DNA of 64,000 nucleotides from an uncultured Gemmatimonadaceae bacterium (GTDB lineage: Bacteria > Gemmatimonadota > Gemmatimonadetes > Gemmatimonadales > Gemmatimonadaceae), in the NCBI GenBank assembly GCA_963716745.1, contig OY970320.1:576001-640000 (forward strand). The letters are read 5' to 3'. The notes under the pieces were generated by a model. The model made no database searches, was not told the origin of the DNA, and saw nothing but the letters and a program-made list of their open reading frames with translations. Shown piece after piece: positions 33,874-44,806 of the stretch (positions are counted from its first letter, which is position 1; the number at the start of each line of letters is the position of its first letter). The position numbers and the translations under genes were made by a program.

Positions 33874-35541
33874 TCACGCGCGCGGGCGCAGCATCGGGAT
33901 CTTGATCCCCTTCGCCTTCGCGGTAACGACGGCCGTGTCGTACCCCGCGTCGGCATGGCGCGCGACGCCGATGCCGGGATCGTTCGTGAGCACCCGTTCG
34001 AGTCGCGAGCGCATCTCCGGCGTGCCGTCCGCGACGATGACCTGCCCCGCATGCAGCGAGTTGCCGATGCCCACGCCGCCGCCGTGGTGGAAGCTCACCC
34101 AACTCGCACCGCTCGCGACGTTCAGCAGCGCGTTGAGGATCGCCCAATCGGCCACGGCGTCGCTGCCATCCTTCATCGCTTCGGTCTCGCGGAACGGGCT
34201 CGCGACGCTGCCGGTGTCGAGATGATCGCGGCCGATCGCGATCGGCGCCGACAACTCGCCGCTCGCGACCAGATCGTTGAGCGCCACGCCGAACTTCGCG
34301 CGCTCGCCCTGGCCGAGCCAGCAGATGCGCGCCGGCAGCCCCTGGAAATGCACCTTCTCGCGCGCGAGGGTGATCCAGCGCTTGAGATGTGCGTCCTGCG
34401 GGAAGAGTTCGAGCACGAGTTCATCGGTGCGGTGCAGGTCTCTCGGGTCGCCCGAGAGCGCGACCCACCGGAACGGCCCCTTCCCCTCACAGAAGAGCGG
34501 CCGCACGTAGGCCGGCACGAAGCCCGGGAACTCGAACGCGTTCGCGAGTCCGGCGTCGTGCGCCACGGTGCGGATGTTGTTGCCATAATCGAATGTGACC
34601 GCGCCGGCCTTCATGAGCGCGAGCATCGCGCGCACGTGCTCGACGATCGACGCGGTGGCCTTGGCCACGTAGGCCTTTGGATCCGACGCGCGCAGCGCGA
34701 GCGCGGCCGCGAGCGGCATCCCCGCCGGCACGTAGCCGTTGAGCGTGTCGTGCGCGCTCGTCTGATCGGTCACGACGTCCGGCTTCACACCGCGGCGCAC
34801 GAGTTCCGGCAGCACCTCGGCCGCGTTGCCGACGAGTCCCACCGAGAGTGGCTGCTTCTTCGCCTTGGCGTCCGCGATCCAGCCGAGCGCTTCGTCGAGC
34901 GACGCGGTCTGCCGGTCGCAGTATCCGGTCTCGACGCGCTTCGCGATGCGCGACGGATCCACTTCCACGCCGAGGAACGCGGCGCCCTGCATCGTGGCCG
35001 ACAGCGGCTGCGCGCCGCCCATGCCGCCGAGTCCCGCGCTGAGCACGAAGCGCCCCTCGAGCGTCCCGCCGAAATGCGCGCGCGCGATCGCGCCGAACGT
35101 TTCGAATGTCCCCTGAAGGATCCCCTGCGAACCGATGTAGATCCACGAGCCGGCCGTCATCTGGCCGTACATCATGAGGCCTTTCCGCTCGAGATCGCGG
35201 AACACGTCCCAGGTGGCCCAGCGCCCAACGAGGTTGCTGTTCGCGATGAGCACGCGCGGCGCACTCGCGTGCGTGCGGAACACCGCCACCGGTTTGCCGC
35301 TCTGCACGAGGAGCGTCTCGTCGTTCTCGAGGGCGCGCAGCGCGGTCACGATCGCATCGAAGCAGGCCCAGTCGCGCGCCGCTTTGCCCGTGCCGCCGTA
35401 CACCACGAGATCATCCGGCCGCTCGGCGACCTCGGGGTCGAGATTGTTCATGAGCATGCGAAGCGCCGCCTCCTGCTGCCATCCCTTGCAGGAGATCGAA
35501 CTGCCGCGCGGTGCACGGACCGGACGCGCTCCCGCGCTCAT
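33874..35541 (-). CDS. hutU: Urocanate hydratase
   Basis: [49 protein letters not shown]. Confidence 0.98.
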   Translation of the reverse strand: MSAGARPVRAPRGSSISCKGWQQEAALRMLMNNLDPEVAERPDDLVVYGGTGKAARDWACFDAIVTALRALENDETLLVQSGKPVAVFRTHASAPRVLIANSNLVGRWATWDVFRDLERKGLMMYGQMTAGSWIYIGSQGILQGTFETFGAIARAHFGGTLEGRFVLSAGLGGMGGAQPLSATMQGAAFLGVEVDPSRIAKRVETGYCDRQTASLDEALGWIADAKAKKQPLSVGLVGNAAEVLPELVRRGVKPDVVTDQTSAHDTLNGYVPAGMPLAAALALRASDPKAYVAKATASIVEHVRAMLALMKAGAVTFDYGNNIRTVAHDAGLANAFEFPGFVPAYVRPLFCEGKGPFRWVALSGDPRDLHRTDELVLELFPQDAHLKRWITLAREKVHFQGLPARICWLGQGERAKFGVALNDLVASGELSAPIAIGRDHLDTGSVASPFRETEAMKDGSDAVADWAILNALLNVASGASWVSFHHGGGVGIGNSLHAGQVIVADGTPEMRSRLERVLTNDPGIGVARHADAGYDTAVVTAKAKGIKIPMLRPRA

Positions 35542-37064
35542 CGCGCGAGTCCGGCGGTGACGCGGTCGTACTCGCCGGCGCCGATCTGCGCCCGAAGCGC
35601 CGCGATGTCGCCCGCGAACACGCGGTCCTGCGCGAGCGGCTTCACCGCGCGCCGCACGATGGCGTGCGCGTCGCCCACACGCTTGGCCGGCGCAAGCGGC
35701 GCGCGATAGTCCACCGCCTGCGCCGCGCACATGAGTTCGATCGCGAGGATGTTCGAGAGGTTCTCGACGATGCGGCGGAGCTTCCACGCCGCGCCCATCG
35801 CCATCGGCACCACGTCCTCCTTGTTGCCGTCCGTGGGGATCGTGTCCACGCTCGCGGGATGCGAGAGCACCTTGCACTCGCTCGCGATGGACGCGGCCGT
35901 CACCTGCATCATCATGAAGCCGGAGTTCACGCCCGCTTCGGGCGACAGGAAGGCGGGCAGTCCCTCGTTGAGATCCGGATTCACGAGGCGTTCGATCCGC
36001 CGCTCCGCGATCGTCGCGAGGTTCGTGAGCGCGATCGCCATGAAATCGAGCACCATCGCGACGGCCTGTCCGTGGAAATTGCCGCCGCTGAGCATCGTGC
36101 CATCGTCGAACAGCAACGGATTGTCGGTCGCGGCGTTCAGCTCGCGGCCCACGATCTGCTCGGCGAACGCGAGCGCGTCGCGCACCGGGCCGTGCACCTG
36201 CGGCATGCAGCGCAGCGCGTAGGCGTCCTGCACGCGCGGATCGTTCTCGCGGTGCGACTCGCGGATCTCGCTGTCGGCGAGCAGCGCGCGGAGCAGCGCG
36301 GCGGACGCCGACTGGCCCGCCTGGCCGCGCGCGTCATGGATGCGCACATCGAACGCCACCGGCGTGCCGCGCAACCCTTCGAGCGTCATCGCGCCCGCCA
36401 CATGCGCCACGTGCCACAGCCGCAGCGCTTCGCGCAGCGCGAGCGCGGCGATGGCGGTATGCGCTTGCGTGCCGTTGATGAGCGCGACCCCTTCCTTCGG
36501 CTGCAGCGACACCGCCTTGAGCCCCGCCTCGGCGAGCATCGCCGCCGCCGGTCCGGTCTTGGCGCCCCAATGGAGCGTCCCTTCGCCAATCAGCGCGAGC
36601 GCGAGATGCGCGAGCGGCGCGAGATCGCCGCTCGCGCCCACGCTCCCCTGCTCCGGGACCGTGGGATACAACCCTGCGTTGAGCATCCCGCAGAGGAGTT
36701 CGACCAGTTCCGCGCGCGCGCCCGAGAATCCTTTCGCGATCACGTTCGCGCGCAGGAGCATCATCGCGCGCACTTCGCGCTCGGGGAGCGCCGGCCCGAC
36801 GCCCACCACGTGGCTGCGCACGAGATTGTTCTGCAGATCGGCCAGCCGGTCGGGCGGGATCGCGACGTCGCTCAGCTTCCCGAAGCCGGTGGTGATGCCG
36901 TACACGGCATCGTGTCGCTTCACTATCGCATCGACGAATTTCCGGCGATCGACGAGGCGGGTCCGGGCCGCGGGAGCGAGAGCTACTTTCGCTGATCCTG
37001 AGGCGACTTGGAAGACGGATTCGATGGTGAGCGATTCGCCATCGAGGAGGATCTCATTCGGCAT
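35538..37064 (-). CDS. hutH: Histidine ammonia-lyase
   Basis: [20 protein letters not shown] (MIO-forming ASG), [14 protein letters not shown]. Confidence 0.98.
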   Translation of the reverse strand: MPNEILLDGESLTIESVFQVASGSAKVALAPAARTRLVDRRKFVDAIVKRHDAVYGITTGFGKLSDVAIPPDRLADLQNNLVRSHVVGVGPALPEREVRAMMLLRANVIAKGFSGARAELVELLCGMLNAGLYPTVPEQGSVGASGDLAPLAHLALALIGEGTLHWGAKTGPAAAMLAEAGLKAVSLQPKEGVALINGTQAHTAIAALALREALRLWHVAHVAGAMTLEGLRGTPVAFDVRIHDARGQAGQSASAALLRALLADSEIRESHRENDPRVQDAYALRCMPQVHGPVRDALAFAEQIVGRELNAATDNPLLFDDGTMLSGGNFHGQAVAMVLDFMAIALTNLATIAERRIERLVNPDLNEGLPAFLSPEAGVNSGFMMMQVTAASIASECKVLSHPASVDTIPTDGNKEDVVPMAMGAAWKLRRIVENLSNILAIELMCAAQAVDYRAPLAPAKRVGDAHAIVRRAVKPLAQDRVFAGDIAALRAQIGAGEYDRVTAGLAR

Positions 37065-37078
37065 TCGGGAAAGCTATA

Positions 37079-37242
37079 ACGGCGAGACTGGTACCGCGAA
37101 CGGCGGGATTGGTACCGCGAGAGGCGTGTGTAGCGTTGGCGTTGGGAATTGCGAGCTCCATGGGAGCTGCTGTACCCAACGCCAACGCCACAGACGCCCT
37201 CAGCGGTACCAAGCCCGCCGTTCGCGGTCCCAGCTACGCCGT
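37079..37242. repeat. Long palindromic element (about 68-bp arms) with 21-nt subunits, copy 1
   Basis: Left arm ACGGCGAGACTGGTACCGCGA ACGGCGGGATTGGTACCGCGA...GCGTTGGCGTTGGG; right arm CCCAACGCCAACGC...GCGGTACCAAGCCCGCCGTTCGCGGTCCCAG...CGCCGT. Confidence 0.9.
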
Positions 37243-38054
37243 CAATTCGTCCAGCTGATGCTCATCGCGCCACCCGAATGCGTCACCGTCCCCGTCCGAT
37301 GGCGCAGCACATCATAGAACGTGAACGAGACCTTCTGCACTATCGGCTTCACGATATTCCCGTTCACCACATCCATGCTCGGCGTCACCGCGGCGGCCGT
37401 TGCCCACTGGCTCTCCTGGCCGGTGTTCGTGACCGCGCTCACGTCGAAACAATAGCCGGTGCCGTTCACGAGTCCGGTCGAGATGAAGTCCTCCGATACC
37501 GTCGTTCCCTCGAGGAACCACTGCGGGCCGCACACGCTATGCACCGCGTCATAGCTGCTGCTGTACACCCGGTAGTACGAGAACTGCGATGGTGACGCGA
37601 GGCGTGCGTTCGGATCCCAGAAGATCTCGGCGCCGCCGTTGAGCGGGTTCGCGTCGAGCCCTGTGGGCGCCGGCAGGATCGAGATCAGCACCACCGTGAC
37701 CGAATTCGAGATCGCGCTTTCGGTTCCGTACGCGTCGACCGCGGTCACGGCGTACTGCACATCGGGAACGCCAAGGTCATAGAACGATGCCGACGTGGTG
37801 GTGGCGCGCAGCACCCACGACCCCCCCGTCGTGGTACTGCTGGAGTAGACGTTGTACTGCGCGGTACCCGCCACGGGCGGCGGATCCCAGCGCAGGAGCA
37901 CGCCGACCGGATTCGCCGGCTCGCCGCTCGGGATCAGCTCGTACGAGAGATTCGCCGGCGGCGGCAGCGTCGTCGGTTGGGTGGGATAGGCGGTGTTGTG
38001 GTTGTAGCAAGCGGCGAGCGCGATCGAGGCGGCGAACAAGAGGGCGCGGCGCAT
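37242..38054 (-). CDS. Lipoprotein with two fibronectin type III-like repeats
   Basis: Lipobox LAAC; PPANL...W...YNVY...YAVTAVD...ES and PAPTGL...W...YRVY...VSAV...ES patterns. Confidence 0.75.
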   Translation of the reverse strand: MRRALLFAASIALAACYNHNTAYPTQPTTLPPPANLSYELIPSGEPANPVGVLLRWDPPPVAGTAQYNVYSSSTTTGGSWVLRATTTSASFYDLGVPDVQYAVTAVDAYGTESAISNSVTVVLISILPAPTGLDANPLNGGAEIFWDPNARLASPSQFSYYRVYSSSYDAVHSVCGPQWFLEGTTVSEDFISTGLVNGTGYCFDVSAVTNTGQESQWATAAAVTPSMDVVNGNIVKPIVQKVSFTFYDVLRHRTGTVTHSGGAMSISWTN

Positions 38055-38117
38055 AGGGGCACTCCGTTGGGGCGCGTGTGGTCGTTGACGTGTGGCAACG
38101 GCTCTACGCTACTGGTA

Positions 38118-38133
38118 TGCATACTACGCACCA
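38118..38133 (-). promoter_or_regulatory. Possible sigma54 (-24/-12) promoter for the FN3 lipoprotein gene
   Basis: Minus strand TGGTGCGTAGTATGCA has GG and GC at canonical spacing, 64 bp upstream of the ATG. Confidence 0.4.
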
Positions 38134-38230
38134 GCGCGCGTTTCGCTCCCGGAACGACTTAGCTCAAGCCACGCGCCGCAAGCGTCCACCCGTTGGGACA
38201 GCGCGCGACACCGCCGCGACACGCTTCCCG

Positions 38231-41191
38231 CTACGGGGAGATCGGCCGGTTGCTCCGCCGGTTGTAGTCGAAGCGCAGGTCAGGCTCCGCATTGAGCGCG
38301 ATGAAGAAGCTGAACGCGAAATTCCCGTTCGGCGCCTGCGTGAACGCGAACACGGCGTGCCAGTCGTGCAGCTGCCGGGTGAGGCTGAGCACGTTGTCCG
38401 AGAACTTGTGCGCCACGAGATCGTAGCCGGTCGCCCAATTCACCGCCCAGTGCGGCGTGAGGTCGAATTGCGAGATCGCGCGTATGGTGCTCTGCGGCGG
38501 CGTGATGATCACCGGTGCGCCGGCGCCCGTGGTGTTGAGCGTGTCCGCCGGACCCGTGGCGGTCTGGAGGCACTGGTTGTACGACAGCGGATCGTTGATG
38601 AACTGCGCGCAGTATACCTTGGGATTGAAGTTGATCACGTTCGTGCCGGTGACCGGACGGCTCTGCGATTCGGTGAAGATGAGCGAGAGACTCCACCCGC
38701 CGCGCGTCGCGCCGCCGAGCGGCACGCGGTCGGTGATCGGGCCCGCGATCGGCGGTTGGACGAACGCGCCGCCGTTCGGCGCGAGCGACTGCACCGTGGA
38801 GGCAATGCTCGAATCGGGCGGCGTCGCACCACCGAAGATCCGGCTGAACGCCGCGAAGGGATTGTTCGATCGCCCGACGCTGAATGAGATCGAGAGATTG
38901 GTCCGGAACGGTGCGAATTTCGCCGTGTCGCTGATCGGATCGCCGGAGAACAACGAATACGCGGCGGAGACCTGGAAACCCGGCAGCAGATCGCTCTGCG
39001 CGCTCCAGTTCAACGCCGGCGTAGTGATGCCGCGTCCGATCTTGCGCGCGATCACGAAGTCGTAGGTCAGCGCCGAGATGTCGAAATTCAGGAGCTTGAT
39101 CTTGTCGCCGCCGGTGGTGTTCGTCGTGGTGTCGCCGCCCCTCGGCTTGAGCTTCGCCTCGATGGTGTTCAGCAGCTGCAGCGTGACCGCCTCGCGGGTG
39201 AGCCCGCCCAGATAGCCGAAGCGGATCTGGTTCAGCGCCCTGAGGAATTCGTCGCTGACGTTCGTGGCGGGCGAGTACGTGAACGCCAACCGCGGCTGGA
39301 TCGAATGGCGGATGCGCGCGAACGGACCGAACCCGGGAAAGAACCCGTAGAAGGTGGGCTGCACGCCGATGCCGGTCTGCACCGTCTTCGATTGTGCGAC
39401 CCAGGCGCCGCCGGTCTGTTCGGTGCGCACCCAGTAGCCCGCCGAGGGATCGGCATTCACGAACGCCACGAACGGCGTGATGTTCCAACTGCTGCCGAAG
39501 AAGGCGGGAAGCGCGACGCCCGTCTCGAAGTTCGCGTCGGTGCGAAAGGTGCGCGCGTACGTGCGCTGCCCGAGCAGCTTCCCGGTGTTGAAGTCGTAGA
39601 TCAGGTAGTTCTGCTCGAGGTCCTTCTCAACGTCGGTGACCTTGAAATCGAGCGGCAGCGAGAAATTGCCGAAGCGGAACGGCGTGTTCACATCGAACGA
39701 CGTCAGCCGCTGGCTGGCGTTCGCGAGCAGGCTGTCCACGCTATCGGTGGCCGCGATGTTGTAGTTGTAGCCGAAGCCGCGGAGGTGGTCGTTCATCGTG
39801 TTCGACACGGTGACCGCGGGCGACCACACGACGCCCGGCGCGACGGTGATCGGCTGCGAGGACAGGCTGAAATTCGGGAAGTTGGTGTCGACCTCATCCT
39901 GGCCGGCGTACTGGCTGCGGCTGCCCCCGACGCTCAGCGCGAAGGGGCCGAGGCGGTCCTGGTACGCCAGCTGCGACGTGATCGCCGCGAGGGCCTGCGC
40001 GACGGTCACCGCCTGATAGCGATAGAGGCTGGTGGAGCTCGAGTAATTCAGGTTCGCGTTGATCGTGCTGTTCTGATTGAACTGCTGCGCGAGCTGGAAG
40101 GTGCCGTCGAAACTGTTCGCGCCGTTCGTGTACGTCGTGTAACTCGCGCGGATGTTCGAAGAGATGAATCGGTCGAGGATGCGGAAACGGTACTGGCCAT
40201 CCAGTCGGGTCCAGCCCGGCTGGTTGTCCGGCTGCCCCGCGCCGCTGCGCCAACTGAGCGCGAGCAGCGCGTCCATGTAATCGTTCACGTCGAAGTAGTA
40301 GCCGACGTTCTCGATCTGACGCACGTAGGTGGGCGTCGTGCGGATGATGTCGGCGATGCCGAAGCGCGGCGTGAGGATGCCGCTGCGGCGTCCCTGCCGC
40401 ATGTCCTGGAAGATGAACGGCAGCCAGAGCACGGGCACGTCCGACACGTAGAGCACCGCGGGCCGCGCGACCATGATCGTCTTCGACACGACCTTGATCT
40501 CGGTGGCCTGGAAGTGGTAGTGCGGTTCGGTGAGATCGCAGCTCGTGATCGAACCGTCGAGCGCGAACGAGGTGTTGTGCCCCTGCCCCGTCGTGTCGCC
40601 CACGACCGCGGCCTGGTGGCCGTACACGTACCAGGTGTTCCCGGCTTGACGCGTGTTCGTGGCCAACGACCCCGCGAGCCCACGATGGGTCGCGAGATCG
40701 TAGTCGAGGTATCCGTGCGCCAGCATGTCGGCGGTGCCCTGTGACGGATCGCGCAGGAAGATGGTGTCGAGCGGCGGCGCGCTCGCTTTCATCATCTTGA
40801 GCGAATCCGAGTAGAAGATCGTGTCGGCCACCAGGATGGTCTGCCCGCGCTCGATCGCGCCGCGGCCGTCGAGCTGCAGATCGCGCTGCCCCGCCATCAG
40901 CTCGACCCGGTTGCCCTGATAGCGCGTCACCACGTAGCCCTTCTTGTCCATCAGGGCCTGCATCACGGAGTCCGGGTCTTCCCACTTCACGAGCGTTTTG
41001 GGCGCGTGCAGCGTGTCGGCGGTGGTATCGCGCGTGTAGTTGTCGCGCCGCGCGCGCGTCGCGGAATCGAACGGGCTCATCGTGATGCCCGGTGCGCCGG
41101 GGAGCGGCAACGAGGGCGGCGTCGGCTGCTGGGCCCTCACGGCTCCCGCGGCCGCCACGATCGACAGCAGGAGGAGCCGGAGATGGTTCAC
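38231..41191 (-). CDS. Putative LPS-assembly protein LptD-like outer-membrane protein
   Basis: Signal peptide, ADTIFY, ITSCDLTEPHYHF, LWLPF, RRSGIL.P, beta-strand C-terminus with RQLHDW. Confidence 0.8.
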   Translation of the reverse strand: MNHLRLLLLSIVAAAGAVRAQQPTPPSLPLPGAPGITMSPFDSATRARRDNYTRDTTADTLHAPKTLVKWEDPDSVMQALMDKKGYVVTRYQGNRVELMAGQRDLQLDGRGAIERGQTILVADTIFYSDSLKMMKASAPPLDTIFLRDPSQGTADMLAHGYLDYDLATHRGLAGSLATNTRQAGNTWYVYGHQAAVVGDTTGQGHNTSFALDGSITSCDLTEPHYHFQATEIKVVSKTIMVARPAVLYVSDVPVLWLPFIFQDMRQGRRSGILTPRFGIADIIRTTPTYVRQIENVGYYFDVNDYMDALLALSWRSGAGQPDNQPGWTRLDGQYRFRILDRFISSNIRASYTTYTNGANSFDGTFQLAQQFNQNSTINANLNYSSSTSLYRYQAVTVAQALAAITSQLAYQDRLGPFALSVGGSRSQYAGQDEVDTNFPNFSLSSQPITVAPGVVWSPAVTVSNTMNDHLRGFGYNYNIAATDSVDSLLANASQRLTSFDVNTPFRFGNFSLPLDFKVTDVEKDLEQNYLIYDFNTGKLLGQRTYARTFRTDANFETGVALPAFFGSSWNITPFVAFVNADPSAGYWVRTEQTGGAWVAQSKTVQTGIGVQPTFYGFFPGFGPFARIRHSIQPRLAFTYSPATNVSDEFLRALNQIRFGYLGGLTREAVTLQLLNTIEAKLKPRGGDTTTNTTGGDKIKLLNFDISALTYDFVIARKIGRGITTPALNWSAQSDLLPGFQVSAAYSLFSGDPISDTAKFAPFRTNLSISFSVGRSNNPFAAFSRIFGGATPPDSSIASTVQSLAPNGGAFVQPPIAGPITDRVPLGGATRGGWSLSLIFTESQSRPVTGTNVINFNPKVYCAQFINDPLSYNQCLQTATGPADTLNTTGAGAPVIITPPQSTIRAISQFDLTPHWAVNWATGYDLVAHKFSDNVLSLTRQLHDWHAVFAFTQAPNGNFAFSFFIALNAEPDLRFDYNRRSNRPISP

Positions 41192-41991
41192 CCGGTGGGC
41201 TCCGCGCCCAACTCAGCGTCGCGCTCCGCCGCGCGCCGCTGGCGGCGCCGGTACACGACGTACGACAACACCACGCTCACCTCGTACAGGAGGTAGAGCG
41301 GCACCGCCATCGCGATCGTGGTCCAAATGAGGTCGCCCGGCGTGAGGAACGCGCCGACGATCACCACGGCCACGATCGCGTGCCGCCGGTACTTATTCAG
41401 CAATTGCGGCGTCACGATCCCCAGCGCCGCGAGCGCGAGGATGACGATCGGCAGCTCGAACGCCACACCGAACGCGAGCGCCATGCTCGTCGCGAATCCG
41501 AAGTACTCGCTCGCCGTGATCATCGGCTCGAGCGCCGTGCCGCCGAAGTCCATGAGCCACGGCAGCGCGAGCGGCAGCACCTCGAACCACGCGAGCGCCG
41601 CGCCGCCGAGGAAGAGGAACACCGCGAAGCCGAACACGCCCACGGCCACGCGCTTCTCGTGCTTGAACAGCGCCGGCGCCACGAAGCTCCACACTTGGTG
41701 CAGGATCACGGGCAGCGCGATCGCGACGCCGATCACCATGGCGGCGTTCAGCACGATCGTGAACGGATCGCCCGGGTGCGTGTACACGAGGTGGCGCCCG
41801 TGCAGATAGGGCAGGATCGGCCCCTCCAGCCACATCAGGACATCGAATTGGATGAGCACGAAGAACGCGAGCCCCACTCCGACGATGAGCGCCGCCAGCG
41901 ACTTGATGATGCGCCAGCGCAATTCCTCGAGGTGATCGAGGAACGGCATCTCGGCGCCGGCGGGTTCCGGCTGTTGGTTCGCGTCGCTCAT
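41188..41991 (-). CDS. tatC: Twin-arginine translocase TatC
   Basis: EMPFLDHLEELRWR, FVAPAL..HEK, FELP, LYLLYE. Confidence 0.96.
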   Translation of the reverse strand: MSDANQQPEPAGAEMPFLDHLEELRWRIIKSLAALIVGVGLAFFVLIQFDVLMWLEGPILPYLHGRHLVYTHPGDPFTIVLNAAMVIGVAIALPVILHQVWSFVAPALFKHEKRVAVGVFGFAVFLFLGGAALAWFEVLPLALPWLMDFGGTALEPMITASEYFGFATSMALAFGVAFELPIVILALAALGIVTPQLLNKYRRHAIVAVVIVGAFLTPGDLIWTTIAMAVPLYLLYEVSVVLSYVVYRRRQRRAAERDAELGAEPTG

Positions 41992-42008
41992 CGCCGGAGG
42001 ATCGACCT

Positions 42009-42806
42009 CTAGTTCATCGTGCGCAGCTGCTCGCGCGCGAGTGCCGCTTCGTCCGACCGCGGGTACGCGGTGGTGAGTTGTGTGAACGCGGCGCGCGCCG
42101 CGGTCTTGTTCCCCGCCTTCTCGAGCGACAGCGCGCGCTTGTAGAGCGCCGTCGGTGCGCGCGGCGACTGCGGATACTTCGCCACCACGTTCGCGTACGC
42201 ACTGTCCGCCATGGCGGCGTTCCCTTCCGCCGCCCACGACTCCGCGATGTAGAATTGCGCTTCGGGCACGAGATCCGATTTCGGGTACTGCGTCACGAGC
42301 ATCGTGAGGCCGTTCCGCGCCGTCGCGTTGCTGCCGCGGCGCAGCTGGTCGAGCGAGAGCTGGAACAACTCGGCCGGGCCCGGCGCGGCCGGCGCCGTCG
42401 CCGACGCACCCACCGCCGCACCCGCCGCCCCTGCCGCCACCACGCCGCCCTGCGTGTCCGGCTGCCGCTGCTCCAGCGAGGACCGCAGGTCCTGCAGGCG
42501 CCGCTGACTCTGTCCCGTCAGCTCCTGGATCTGGATGAGCTGCTGGTTGATCGCGTAGAGATCGCCGCGCATGTCACCGTTCATCTTCGCGATCCGCGCG
42601 CTGAGCGCGCGCACGGAATCGTCGACGACGGCCATCTGCGCGCCGGTGGCGGCGATCTGCGCCGCACGCGCCGAGTCGGACCGGATCTGCGTGGCCTTCA
42701 GTTCATTGATGGTGACGCGGAGCGAATCCACGTCGGCGGAGGTCGCCATGCACGCGCCGGCCGCGAGACACACGGCCGGTGCGAGCGCGCGCGCGATGCG
42801 CTTCAC
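42009..42806 (-). CDS. cpoB: Tol-Pal system protein YbgF/CpoB
   Basis: Lipobox, coiled coil, TPRs (YPKSDLVPEAQFYIAE, APTALYK), downstream of pal. Confidence 0.88.
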   Translation of the reverse strand: MKRIARALAPAVCLAAGACMATSADVDSLRVTINELKATQIRSDSARAAQIAATGAQMAVVDDSVRALSARIAKMNGDMRGDLYAINQQLIQIQELTGQSQRRLQDLRSSLEQRQPDTQGGVVAAGAAGAAVGASATAPAAPGPAELFQLSLDQLRRGSNATARNGLTMLVTQYPKSDLVPEAQFYIAESWAAEGNAAMADSAYANVVAKYPQSPRAPTALYKRALSLEKAGNKTAARAAFTQLTTAYPRSDEAALAREQLRTMN

Positions 42807-43417
42807 GGCGTCGCCGCCAGGTCGCCGACGGTGATCGTGAACTCGGCGCGCCGGTTCTGCGAGTACGACGTCTCATCGTGCCCCGGCGCCGCCGGCTTCT
42901 CCTCGCCCATGCTGATGATCGTGATCCGCGCATCGGCGATGCCGTGCTGCGTCAGATACCGCTTCACCGACGCGGCGCGCTGCTGGCCGAGCGCCAGGTT
43001 GTACTCCGCGGAGCCACGCTCGTCGGTGTCACCCTCGATCTGGATGCCGACCGCGGGATTCGCATTCATGATCGCGATCTTGCGGTCGAGCTTCGCCTTG
43101 GCCGAGTCGGTGAGTGTCGACTTGTCGAAGTCGAAGTAGATGGTGGAGGCCATGTCATGCTTCAACGCGTCCTTCTTCGCGGCCGCGGCCGCCGCCGCCG
43201 CAGCGGCCGCATCCGCGTTCGCCTTCGCGATGGAGTCCTTCGTCGCCTGCGCGGCGTTCGCCGCGGCCGTCGCCTTCGCGGCCGAGTCGGCGGCGTGCAA
43301 CTTCGCGATCGAGTCGGCGCTGAGCGGCGCCGGTCCCGTTTCCGGAGCCTTCTTGTTGCATGCGGCGACGGCGGCGAGCGTGACGACGGTGCCGAGGACT
43401 GCCAGTGAATGACGCAT
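42803..43417 (-). CDS. pal: Peptidoglycan-associated lipoprotein Pal (OmpA C-terminal domain)
   Basis: Lipobox VAAC, IYFDFDKS, EGDTDERGSAEYNLALGQQRA, NRRAEF. Confidence 0.93.
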   Translation of the reverse strand: MRHSLAVLGTVVTLAAVAACNKKAPETGPAPLSADSIAKLHAADSAAKATAAANAAQATKDSIAKANADAAAAAAAAAAAKKDALKHDMASTIYFDFDKSTLTDSAKAKLDRKIAIMNANPAVGIQIEGDTDERGSAEYNLALGQQRAASVKRYLTQHGIADARITIISMGEEKPAAPGHDETSYSQNRRAEFTITVGDLAATP

Positions 43418-43470
43418 GGTGCTTCTCCGAGAAGAGATTGGGTTTGGTGTGTGAGAATGAATGAACAGGA

Positions 43471-44806
43471 TCACGGAGCCGACGCGAGCATCGGCGACCA
43501 CGCCGGGAGCCGCGCTCCCGGTCCGTGCGTCAATTGCCGCGCGCGCCCCGATTCCACATCGAGCACGAACAGCTCACGCGCGCCGGTGCGCGTCGAAGCG
43601 AACACCAGAATGCCGGCCGTCCGGCGCCCACGAAGGATCCTCGTTGCGTCCCTCGCTCGTGAGCTGCCGCACCGACCGGTCCCGCAGGCCGATCACCATC
43701 AACTGGAATACACCACTGAATTGCGCCTGGTAAGCCACCTGCCGGCCGTCGGGCGACCAGTCCGGGTTGGACCGGTACGCCTCCTCGCCGAATGCGAACG
43801 GCGTCAGCAATTCCGGGTTCGCGCCGTCCGCGTCCGCGAGGTAGACCTCCGGGTGTCCGATCCGCCCCGACGTGAAGGCGATCCGGCGGCCATCCGGACT
43901 GAAGGTCGGCGACACGTTGTCCGTGCCGCGGCCCACGGTGATCCGCCGCGCTTCGCCCGCCGCGCTCGTGCCGTTCACCGGCACCACGAAGAGATCGGCG
44001 CCCTCTTCATCGCCATGCGCGTACGCGAGCGAGGTCCCATCGGGCGAGAAGGCCGGCGTCATGTTCAGCCCCCGCGGCGTCGTGCCGAGCGCGTGGGCCG
44101 GCCCACCGCTGAAGTCGCGCAGCATGATCCGCCACCCGGCACCTGACACGGCGCTGTACGCGAACAATTTGGCCGACGGATGCCACGCCGGCGAGAGCAC
44201 GGTGCCGGCCTCGGTGAGCGCGCGTTCGCCCCATCCGTCGGAGTCGATCACGAGCACGCGTCCGCCCCGCACGAACAGGATGCGCGTCGTCGCGATCCCG
44301 CGCGTCCCCGTGAGCCATCGCTCCACCTCATCCGACGCCGCATGCAGCGACATCCGCCAGTCGGCGCTGCCCGGCGAGCCGGCGAGCGGAAAGTCCCGCG
44401 TCTGCAGCACCGTCTTCTTCGCCACGTCGTGCGCCGCGATGTGCAGCGTTCCGGGCACGAGCGACATCTGGAGCGCCGCGGCGGCGCCGATCGCCTTCCA
44501 CATCGCGTAGTTGATGCCCGGCCCCACCTGCGCGACCGTCGCGGCAGCCGGCGTGCCATCCACGCCGATCACCTCCACGAGATCGCTGTTGTCCAGATCG
44601 CGTTGCAGGATCGCGCGCACACTATCGCCCATCGGGCCGCGCACGATCCCCACGACGACGCCGGGCTTCGACCCCGATTCATAGGACAGGCCGATCCGCA
44701 CGCCGCGCGGCGTTGTCGAATCCTGGGCGCGAGCGGCGAACGCGGCGCAGCACACGGACAGCGACGCGCCGAGCATCGCGGATCGAAGAGAGGTGCGGCT
44801 TGTCAT
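43471..44806 (-). CDS. tolB: TolB beta-propeller protein (frameshift near 43610)
   Basis: PD40 repeats SPAWHP, PAFSPDG, PTFSPDG, PDWSPDG, PSWAPDG; continues VFASTRTG...PAWSP in another frame. Confidence 0.9.

Noticed and set aside
37079..37242. CRISPR array interpretation of the 21-nt repeats
   Set aside because: Units are contiguous without unique spacers, arranged as an inverted pair, and there are no cas genes
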